This document shows, piece after piece, positions 30,725-38,445 of a stretch of DNA of 64,000 nt. The stretch is from Sulfurospirillaceae bacterium (GTDB lineage: Bacteria > Campylobacterota > Campylobacteria > Campylobacterales > Sulfurospirillaceae). Position numbers and translations under genes: made by a program. The stretch is from positions 32,001 through 96,000 of the forward strand of contig JAWVXD010000007.1 of NCBI GenBank assembly GCA_033723415.1, read 5' to 3'. The notes under the pieces were generated by a model. The model was not told the DNA's origin, made no database searches, and saw nothing but the letters and a program-made list of their open reading frames with translations. Every line of letters begins with the position of its first letter. The first letter of the stretch is position 1.

Positions 30725-31039
30725 TTGAAAGATATCGAAATATTTTTAGAGGTTATCTCTAAAGATGAATTTGTAGAAGGACATGAGGTTTTAGAAGACA
30801 AATGGAGAAAATTAAAAAAAAATCCACAAACGCTTGAAGAGAGCAAGATACTAAAAGGATTGATAAACGCTTCTACTGCTTTAGCATTAAAAGTTATGGG
30901 AAAAGACAAAGGGGCACAAACAGTTTGGAGTACTTTTGAGAAATACAGACCGCTTATAAAATCACAATCTTGTGAAGATAGCAAATATTACAAGGAAGCA
31001 GAAAAAGCTCTAGACGACAAATACAAACAATATATGTAA
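30725..31039 (+). CDS. DUF309-like protein
   Basis: FVEGHEVLEDKW...KGLIN. Confidence 0.7.
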   Translation: MKDIEIFLEVISKDEFVEGHEVLEDKWRKLKKNPQTLEESKILKGLINASTALALKVMGKDKGAQTVWSTFEKYRPLIKSQSCEDSKYYKEAEKALDDKYKQYM

Positions 31040-31087
31040 TATCCAATGTCGACTTTTAAATCAAGTCTGCCTTGGACACTGATGAAG

Positions 31088-31948
31088 TTATTTGCACAAT
31101 TCAAAGGTATTTGTCCCTTTTTTATCCAAATCACTTAAAATATTTTTCCAGTATCGCTTCCAACAGCAATGATGATTAAATTTTTTATATATCTTATAAC
31201 GTATGTTGCGTTTATCTTCAAATCTCTTGCAATATGATTTAAGTACCGAAAAACCTACAATCGTATCATCCTCTCCGACCAAATGAATTTGCTTTATTTT
31301 TTTTAATTTTTGTGAAAAGTCTGCAGGATTGAGAGACCCGCTCAAAGGCGATATATAGTGTTCTTTTGTCCAATACGCAGTATCAAGATTTCCACCAATA
31401 GTCACAAGTCTTGATATATCATCCCTTCTAGCCGCTAAAAGTGCAGCAATAGCCCCTCCTCCCGAATAACCAAAAAGTTTAAACGATGAAGCCCCTGATC
31501 TCTTTTTAATTTCATCCAATACTTGATTAAAGCTTTCTATCACATTTTCAGAAAAGCGACGGTTTGTCCAGATAGATTGCACACAAGATGAGTTTCTAAC
31601 ATATTGACATGGACGGGCCAGATATACTTTGCATTGATTTGTATCTTGTAAGAAAAGTTTTAATCCTAATGGATCTATGGGAGTTGGATCTTGTGAGATC
31701 GTATCGATCGTAATCCAAGGCAGACCATCACCTTCTATGTAAATAGATACAAAACTGTTCTCGCACTGTGAAAGATTGCTATGAACGCTATACAGATCAA
31801 ACTTTTTTGCGCTCAATACTTCACTTTGCACATCATGATGATCGATGAGCTTTTTTAGCGTAGTAAATCTCTGAGCAGGAGTGGGCACGATATATCCGCA
31901 CCCGCTTATAAGAATTATGACAAATAAAAGCAAAATCTTTTTATACAT
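31088..31948 (-). CDS. Lipoprotein alpha/beta-hydrolase (esterase-like)
   Basis: Start at MYKKILL (31948), lipobox ISG-C; YIEGDG; GYSGG nucleophile elbow; GEDD; NHHCCW. Confidence 0.85.
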   Translation of the reverse strand: MYKKILLLFVIILISGCGYIVPTPAQRFTTLKKLIDHHDVQSEVLSAKKFDLYSVHSNLSQCENSFVSIYIEGDGLPWITIDTISQDPTPIDPLGLKLFLQDTNQCKVYLARPCQYVRNSSCVQSIWTNRRFSENVIESFNQVLDEIKKRSGASSFKLFGYSGGGAIAALLAARRDDISRLVTIGGNLDTAYWTKEHYISPLSGSLNPADFSQKLKKIKQIHLVGEDDTIVGFSVLKSYCKRFEDKRNIRYKIYKKFNHHCCWKRYWKNILSDLDKKGTNTFELCK

Positions 31949-31955
31949 ATAAGGT

Positions 31956-34001
31956 TTAAAACTTCCATTTGAACTTAGCAGAAACAGCATGATTGATATA
32001 ATCGTTTCCTCTTCCGCTAAGGTTGTATTTGACATCAAGTACCAAAGATTTCTTTAACTGCTTGGATATTCCAAAACCAACCTCATAGCCAAAGGCACTG
32101 TTTTTTATACCGAGTGTCGTAAAAGGTATATCTGGTGAATCTTGGAATGAAGCATTGATTGTTTGTGCATCACTATTAAAATCATACATCAATCCGATGT
32201 GTGTGAAAAATTTCGTATTTTTGTCAATCTTATACTTTAAATCCGTCAATACTCCGAGCAATGCTTGTTCTGTATTGGAGCTATTGACATTTAGATTGTA
32301 AGCCCCGGCTCCAACTTCTGAGTATGACGGTGTTTTAAAATATCTGTATACTCCCTGAATAGCGGGGATCATCGTTAGTTTATTATTGATCTTATAATCC
32401 TTGGTAGCTTTGGCTTGGATAAAGAAGCTACTAGAAGTATAATCTGCTTTTGCCGCTTGTCCTACTGTATTGACATATCTCGATGAGTCATTATTTTGCC
32501 ATCCAAATCCTGCTTGATAATATAAAATACTTTTGTCATCTATGATAGGTTGACTGCCATAAGCAATAAATGTAAATGCACTTATCGTATTATTTTGAAT
32601 AAGATCGTTAACGTTTACATCAGTATTTGAGAAAAAGAATGCCATCCCTGCTCGTTTACCTGGCTCGTATTCTCCATCGGAACCGAAAGCAAAACCGTAT
32701 GTTGTAGCATCAAAACCATTTTTACCGCCTTTATTGTTCTGCTTGCTATATGCACCAAATGGTTTCACCCATACATACTTATCGCTAAAGATGATATCAC
32801 CCGAACCCAAGCCTCTCATAGTGCCTTGTCTGTTTTGTACTATTGAGCTGAAACTATCGAGTATTTCAAGGTTTACCATAGAGGTCGATGTTGCGACCGT
32901 AGGAGAATTAGCCGGGGCAATGTTCGTGTCTTTTACTGCCAATAAGCTCAAGCTTGTATTTGTATCATTCAAATATGCTTCAAATTTCAAGATTGGTGAA
33001 TTATCGGTTATATTAAGTTTTGTAACATTAGCATCAATATTCCCGGAGTTTATGACATTATTTAGTGTTCCATTGTTGTCTAAGAAGAATTTTTCTGCAT
33101 TATTACCTATAATATTGACATTGATTGTACTTTTATCAGCTAATGATGCGGATGTCGCGGCGTTTATCGTGGGGTTTGTAGCAGAGGTTCCATCTGCAGA
33201 TATCGATGCATCTATACTCAACATGCCGCTTGTACTTTGAATAAACTTATCGATTTGTGACGCTACTGCGCCTTTGTGCAGATAAATCTTTCCTGAATTT
33301 ATAAAAGGTATATTTCTTACTGTGATTGTAGAGGTATTGATAGTACCGGTATTGAGAACGAGACCATCAGATCCACTCACATTTAAAGCGGTATCAGCTG
33401 TTATGGTACCGGAATTGGTAATGGTACCATAATTATCCCCTATAGACATCCCAGTACCAAAGGGATTGTTTGTGGCATTGATAGTGCCGGAATTGGTAAT
33501 ATTGCTGTCATTAATCCCTATAAGAATCCCAATACCAGCGTAATTGTTTGTGGTGGCATTGATAATACCGGAGTTGGTAATGGCACTATCATTTCCATAA
33601 ATTACACTTACCTCAATTCCAACACCAAATAAATTGTTTGTGGCATTGATAGTGCCGGAATTGGTAATGGGTTTATCGGTGGTGGCGCTTAGGTGAATTC
33701 CGTATACCTCGTTATTGACTGCTCCGGTTATAGAAAGAACTCCTTCATTCAAAATTGTATTATGCACAATTTGCCCACCGCTGATTTTAATAAGCGCTGT
33801 ATTTGAAGTATCCCCCGAAACAGTGATACTCCCGGATGAAGTAATATGTACAGTATCCATACAACTTAGAGAAATACTTTGAGTTGTATCGCCACTAATC
33901 ACATAATCCGTACTGGTACAAATCCCTTGAGCACTACGAGAACTACTCACTATCATTGATACCGCTAAACAACCCAGTAATATTTTATTTCTTCTTTTCA
34001 C
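31956..34001 (-). CDS. Type Va autotransporter (copy 2) with N/G/T-rich repeat passenger
   Basis: Signal peptide; ITNSGTI repeats; GLGSGD..VWVKPFG barrel start; ends KFKWKF. Confidence 0.92.
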   Translation of the reverse strand: MKRRNKILLGCLAVSMIVSSSRSAQGICTSTDYVISGDTTQSISLSCMDTVHITSSGSITVSGDTSNTALIKISGGQIVHNTILNEGVLSITGAVNNEVYGIHLSATTDKPITNSGTINATNNLFGVGIEVSVIYGNDSAITNSGIINATTNNYAGIGILIGINDSNITNSGTINATNNPFGTGMSIGDNYGTITNSGTITADTALNVSGSDGLVLNTGTINTSTITVRNIPFINSGKIYLHKGAVASQIDKFIQSTSGMLSIDASISADGTSATNPTINAATSASLADKSTINVNIIGNNAEKFFLDNNGTLNNVINSGNIDANVTKLNITDNSPILKFEAYLNDTNTSLSLLAVKDTNIAPANSPTVATSTSMVNLEILDSFSSIVQNRQGTMRGLGSGDIIFSDKYVWVKPFGAYSKQNNKGGKNGFDATTYGFAFGSDGEYEPGKRAGMAFFFSNTDVNVNDLIQNNTISAFTFIAYGSQPIIDDKSILYYQAGFGWQNNDSSRYVNTVGQAAKADYTSSSFFIQAKATKDYKINNKLTMIPAIQGVYRYFKTPSYSEVGAGAYNLNVNSSNTEQALLGVLTDLKYKIDKNTKFFTHIGLMYDFNSDAQTINASFQDSPDIPFTTLGIKNSAFGYEVGFGISKQLKKSLVLDVKYNLSGRGNDYINHAVSAKFKWKF
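33403..33668 (-). repeat. Intragenic coding repeats (ITNSGTINATNN)
   Basis: Identical 36-mers at 33465-33500 and 33633-33668, a degenerate copy at about 33543-33581 and a partial copy at about 33403-33422. Confidence 0.9.
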
Positions 34002-34040
34002 GACTCTTTCCTTTATTATAAGTCATAATAACATGCATAT

Positions 34041-34125
34041 GCTCAGCACTTTCTATCATGAAGATGGGCACGATATATTCGTGCCCGCTTATAGCCTGCT
34101 AAAAAAGGTATACGTCTTTGTACAT
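34041..34125 (-). pseudogene. Decayed 5' remnant of the lipoprotein hydrolase gene
   Basis: Reads MYKDVYLF*QAISGHEYIVP versus MYKKILLLFVIILISGCGYIVP; same position relative to the autotransporter stop. Confidence 0.75.
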
Positions 34126-34131
34126 ACTCAT

Positions 34132-36396
34132 TTAGAATTTCCATCTAAACTTAGCGATCAAAGCATGATTTATAAGATCACTACCTGTACCGCTTAAAGT
34201 GTATTTTACATTGAGGATCAGATCTTTTTTTAGGTGTTTTGAAAGCCCAAGGCCAAGATTATAGCTCAGTGCACTGTTTTTTATACCTGTTGTCGTAAAG
34301 AGAATATCCGGTGTTCCTTGAAATATTGCATTGATACTGTTAGCATCGTCTCTTAGATCATACATCAATCCTACATCAGAGATAAAATCAGTATTTTCAT
34401 CAATCTTGTATCTTAGATCTGTCATGACTCCGAGTAACATTTGCGTTGTGCTTTTGCTCTCGACACTTAAGTTTGTTGCACCTGCCCCGCTTTCTCTGTA
34501 TGAGGGAGAATAGAAGTATCTATATACTCCTTTGATCGCTGGAGTAATCCTCAATTTATCATTGATATCATAATCTTTTGTAGCTTTTGCTTGGATATAA
34601 AAATCTTTGGAAGTATAGTTTGCCTTTGCGATTTGTGATGAAGTCTCATCATATCTTGTTGTACTGTTTTTTTGAATTCCAAATCCGGCTTGATAAAACA
34701 ATACACTTTTATCATCTACGATAGGCTGACTTCCGTATGCTACAAAGTTATATGTGTTTAAATCATTTGATTGAACAACATGATTGACGTCTAGATTCGT
34801 ATTTGAAATAAACAGTGCAAAACCTGCTCGTCTTCCCTCTTTATACTCTCCATCAAATCCTAAACCCATACCGTAGGTGTTGGCGCTAAATCCATTTAAA
34901 CCATCTTTATCATCTTGTTTGGTATATGCTCCAAAGGGTTTTACCCACATATGTTTATCGCTAAAAGCTATATCACCGGAACCCAACCCTCTTATATCGT
35001 TTTGCCTTGTCTGTACGATACTATTTAGCATATTTAGTGTTTGCAGACCTATCGTCTGAGTGGATACTGCCGTTAGAGGACTGTTTTGCGGAGTTACGCT
35101 CGTATTGGCAGCGATTGCCTCCAAACTTAGGCTTGTATTTGTATCATTCATAAAAGCTTGAAAGTTTAATATTGGAGAATTATCCGTTATATTCAATTTT
35201 GTTACATTGGCATCTATATTACTTGATGTGATAACACCGTTGATCGTTCCGTTATTATCCAAAAATGATCTTTCTACTCCATTTCCTATAACATTGACGT
35301 TTATCGTACTTCCATCTGCTATTAAGGCTGATGAACTAGCTATAATATGTGGATTTGTTGCCGTTCCGTTAGCAGATAAATTTGCATCGATACTTAATAC
35401 TCCTGTTGAAGTTTGAGTGTAGTATTTGGCACTAGAGCTTGTGCTTCCATGCAGATTTATAGTTCCAGAGTTCGTAAAATTTGCTAAACCGACATTAATA
35501 CTATCTGCATTGATCGTACCTGAGTTTGTGATATTGCCACTGGTATTACTATCTATTCCTACACCAAGAAGTGCATTGATCGTTCCTGAGTTTGTGATGT
35601 TGCCTGTGATAATACCGTTTTGTGAATATTGTACGATGCCTGTTGAGTTACCAACGCCACTGCTTTTTGCATCAATAGTACCTGAGTTTGTGATGTTGCC
35701 TGTGATATTTCCATCAAGTGACATTTGCATAATACCAGTAGAGAGACTGCTTCCATTAACATCTGTAGTAATCACTCCCGTGTTGTTGATATTGCCTGTG
35801 ATAGTTCCACCAAATGACATTTGTGTAAGACCAGTAGAGTCCCTACTTCCATTAACATCTATAGTAACCACTCCCGTATTGTTGATATTGCCGCTAATAT
35901 TTCCTACAAATGACATTTGAACAATCCCTGAGGCATAACTGTTACCATTACTGTATACATTGATAACACCGGTGTTGTTAATATCATTGGTAATTCCGCT
36001 ACCTATGCTATTGGTTGTGTCTTGCGAAATGCCAATGGTATTTCCTGTTCCATTACTTGTAACACTAATTGTACCGGAGTTGCTCAACCAATAGTACATA
36101 TTTATATGTTGCCCGATTCCATATACATTATGTGTGCTAGGATCGGTAATATTTATATCTACATTGCCGTCATTTAATATGCTGAGCCTACTCTGCGAAT
36201 CAATAGCGCTATTTGCAATATTTTGAATTTTTATGCCCCCGCTGGATGTGATATTTAATATATCACGATTAGCCAATGTAACTTGTGTGGTCATTTGATT
36301 ACTTATGGTGATCAAATTAGGGGGACCAGCATATCCACTACTTATCATCAATGATATCGCCATGCATCCTAAAACAATCCTGTTTATTCTTTTCAT
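34132..36396 (-). CDS. Type Va autotransporter (copy 1) with 32-aa repeat passenger
   Basis: Signal peptide; GNI(N/T)N(T/S)G repeats; GLGSGD..MWVKPFG; ends KFRWKF. Confidence 0.92.
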   Translation of the reverse strand: MKRINRIVLGCMAISLMISSGYAGPPNLITISNQMTTQVTLANRDILNITSSGGIKIQNIANSAIDSQSRLSILNDGNVDINITDPSTHNVYGIGQHINMYYWLSNSGTISVTSNGTGNTIGISQDTTNSIGSGITNDINNTGVINVYSNGNSYASGIVQMSFVGNISGNINNTGVVTIDVNGSRDSTGLTQMSFGGTITGNINNTGVITTDVNGSSLSTGIMQMSLDGNITGNITNSGTIDAKSSGVGNSTGIVQYSQNGIITGNITNSGTINALLGVGIDSNTSGNITNSGTINADSINVGLANFTNSGTINLHGSTSSSAKYYTQTSTGVLSIDANLSANGTATNPHIIASSSALIADGSTINVNVIGNGVERSFLDNNGTINGVITSSNIDANVTKLNITDNSPILNFQAFMNDTNTSLSLEAIAANTSVTPQNSPLTAVSTQTIGLQTLNMLNSIVQTRQNDIRGLGSGDIAFSDKHMWVKPFGAYTKQDDKDGLNGFSANTYGMGLGFDGEYKEGRRAGFALFISNTNLDVNHVVQSNDLNTYNFVAYGSQPIVDDKSVLFYQAGFGIQKNSTTRYDETSSQIAKANYTSKDFYIQAKATKDYDINDKLRITPAIKGVYRYFYSPSYRESGAGATNLSVESKSTTQMLLGVMTDLRYKIDENTDFISDVGLMYDLRDDANSINAIFQGTPDILFTTTGIKNSALSYNLGLGLSKHLKKDLILNVKYTLSGTGSDLINHALIAKFRWKF
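35585..35980 (-). repeat. About four 96-nt (32-aa) tandem coding repeats
   Basis: Identical 27-mer at 35585 and 35681; ttccattaacatct at 35751 and 35847; 96-nt period. Confidence 0.85.
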
Positions 36397-36435
36397 TTTA
36401 GCTCCTTCATCATATAAGTAAAAATATACTAAAAA

Positions 36436-36444
36436 ATTATATCA
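36436..36444 (-). promoter_or_regulatory. Extended -10 for the autotransporter locus
   Basis: TGaTATAAT on minus, about 40 nt upstream of ATG; SD AAGGAG. Confidence 0.6.
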
Positions 36445-36535
36445 TGTTATTTAAGGTATTAAATGAATTATAAATGGTTTGTTAATGTATTTTAAAATAT
36501 TTTGCGTAAAAGTGTAACTATAGGAGAATCTAAGC

Positions 36536-37549
36536 TTATGTTCTCGCTCTTGTAAACCAGGTTATCGTATCTTTATTTATATCATGACAAGAGAGTGTCT
36601 CTAATTTTAATTCTATGTTAGGATGATTCCCGATCTTAAAATCAGGTGAGCGAAAGATCACATACATATCTACGATATCTTGAGTGGCTCTTAACATTCC
36701 TTCTCCACCCTCTATCATAATAAACTTATACTTTTTCAAAAGTTCAAAATCGTTTTCTATATATACTTTCCTATTTTTAACATTAAAAAGAGGAATGCTT
36801 CTGTCAAAATTTTTATCTTTTGAATAGATAAGGATGTCAGGTGCCTTGCCGTCTATCATCCGTGCATCCAGTGTTGGTCTATCTGACCTTACGGTATTAC
36901 CACCTATCACTAGTAGATCGATCTTATCTCTGAATTTATGGACAAGTTCTCTTGATGCATCACTTGTTATGATCCCCCCGTCTATGACACCGTTTAAACT
37001 CATAGCAAGTTTGAAAAATATGAAATTACCATAAAGAGAGCTTTCAAAAGGGAAAAGTAAATCTTGACACGAAGTTGAGTTTTGTAGAATATCTACAGAT
37101 ATTGCATTGTTTCTCAAATATTCTGCACCGCCGCTTGCTTTGCTATTTGGATCAAGCATGCCGATCACAACTCTTTTGAAGCCTAATTCTTTGATAAGAT
37201 GTGAACAAGGGGGCGTTTTACCGTAATGATTACATGGTTCCAGTGTTACATAAATATTAAATTTTTTAAAGATATTTGAGTGATTTTTACGCAGATAGTT
37301 ATGAATTTCTTCAGAATCTTCTATTTGTAGCACACGCTTGTCTCTTGTGATCTTATAATAGGTATCTTTGATAACTTCTACTTCTGCGTGCGGACTGCCT
37401 GCTTTTTTGTGAGCGTTAACGGCAATGATATTATCGAACTCATCACTGATCACTGCTCCTACCGCAGGATTAGGATAAGTTAAAATTTGATATTTCCAGG
37501 CTTCTTTTACAGCAGCATCCATTAGGGAAATATCAGTTTCATTTACCAT
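36536..37549 (-). CDS. ribD: Riboflavin biosynthesis deaminase/reductase
   Basis: PNPAVG, HAE, TLEPCNHYGKTPPC, IEGG. Confidence 0.96.
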   Translation of the reverse strand: MVNETDISLMDAAVKEAWKYQILTYPNPAVGAVISDEFDNIIAVNAHKKAGSPHAEVEVIKDTYYKITRDKRVLQIEDSEEIHNYLRKNHSNIFKKFNIYVTLEPCNHYGKTPPCSHLIKELGFKRVVIGMLDPNSKASGGAEYLRNNAISVDILQNSTSCQDLLFPFESSLYGNFIFFKLAMSLNGVIDGGIITSDASRELVHKFRDKIDLLVIGGNTVRSDRPTLDARMIDGKAPDILIYSKDKNFDRSIPLFNVKNRKVYIENDFELLKKYKFIMIEGGEGMLRATQDIVDMYVIFRSPDFKIGNHPNIELKLETLSCHDINKDTITWFTRART

Positions 37550-37971
37550 TTATAATAAGTTCTAGCCTTGTCTATATCTGCTATGTCGACTTGGACAGCC
37601 TTGCCATCTTCTTCTATCTCCAATATTTTTCCGTCAAATGCTATAAGCTTTCCGATTATTTTGTCTGTATTTGTAAGTTTTATTTTGACATTTTCACCGA
37701 TACTACCGCTAAAATGCTCTGGCTTCTTCAGATTTCTCTCGATCCCTGGAGAGCTGACTTCCAAGACATAAGCCCCGTTCATAGGTGGGTTGAGATCAAG
37801 TATAGGTGAAAGGATAGAAGATATCTTTCCACACTGATCAAGTGTGACCCCTTCGGGTGAAGTGATATAAATCCTAAAAATTCTATTACCGCCCTCGTTT
37901 GCAATTTCCGTGTCATAAAGCTCTAGAGCGTTATCTTTCAATATGTTTTTTATCGTTTCTATATCAACCAT
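37543..37971 (-). CDS. rimP: Ribosome maturation factor RimP
   Basis: YVLEVSSPGIER; downstream of rbfA. Confidence 0.95.
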   Translation of the reverse strand: MVDIETIKNILKDNALELYDTEIANEGGNRIFRIYITSPEGVTLDQCGKISSILSPILDLNPPMNGAYVLEVSSPGIERNLKKPEHFSGSIGENVKIKLTNTDKIIGKLIAFDGKILEIEEDGKAVQVDIADIDKARTYYKW

Positions 37972-38323
37972 GTAACTCTTTCTCTACAATTTCAAATAAT
38001 TTGTCAATTTCATTTTGTTTTTTTAGACTATCATCAAATTTAAAATGAAAATTTGGACATCTAAACCAACCCTCAGCTTGCATACAATAACTTTGTAGGT
38101 GTCTGTTTATTTTTTTTAGATGACTTAAGATATATTTTTTTTCTTCATCATCAAATAGCATTTCATCAAGATAAACATCTGCATCATATTTACCACGACT
38201 ACAAACAACATCGACAACGCACAGATTTCTCAACATTTCATCACTTAATGTTGCAAGTGCTTCAGGTAACAATTCTTTGAGAACACTTTGGGTTCTTTGT
38301 AATTTTATACTTTGATCTTTCAT
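37964..38323 (-). CDS. rbfA: Ribosome-binding factor A
   Basis: Follows infB; WFRCPNFHFKFD. Confidence 0.92.
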   Translation of the reverse strand: MKDQSIKLQRTQSVLKELLPEALATLSDEMLRNLCVVDVVCSRGKYDADVYLDEMLFDDEEKKYILSHLKKINRHLQSYCMQAEGWFRCPNFHFKFDDSLKKQNEIDKLFEIVEKELHG

Positions 38324-38333
38324 TTCATTTCTC

Positions 38334-38445
38334 CTTTAACTTGAGCAAAGCCCAAGTTAAATTCCTCTCACTAAAGCTACGCCTTTGGCGAGAATACTTT
38401 CTCTTCTATTTTCTTTAACTTCTAGACTAATCGCTCTCGCTAAAG
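38334..38445. repeat. Structured infB-rbfA spacer with two hairpins and duplicated motifs
   Basis: Hairpins 38335-38361 and 38366-38393; ctctc(a/g)ctaaag at 38365 and 38434; ctttaactt at 38334 and 38413. Confidence 0.6.

Noticed and set aside
31949..32038. N-terminal extension of the hydrolase ORF overlapping the autotransporter
   Set aside because: ATG 31948 gives a proper lipoprotein signal and matches the position of the remnant's ATG.
33465..33668. 36-bp identical direct repeats with unique spacers, resembling a mini CRISPR array
   Set aside because: They are in-frame coding repeats (ITNSGTINATNN) inside an intact autotransporter. The middle copy varies by a codon indel and synonymous changes, and there is no leader or cas gene.
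34015..34020. TATAAT upstream of autotransporter copy 2
   Set aside because: Too close to the SD: the transcript would start within or past it, so co-transcription from 36444 is more plausible.
31956..36396. Diversity-generating retroelement template/variable repeat pair
   Set aside because: No reverse transcriptase in the window, and differences between repeats are not adenine-specific.
36513..36528. TGTAAC half-site upstream of the autotransporter promoter
   Set aside because: The second half does not match, and the distance from the -10 (about -90) does not fit the geometry of the other two boxes.
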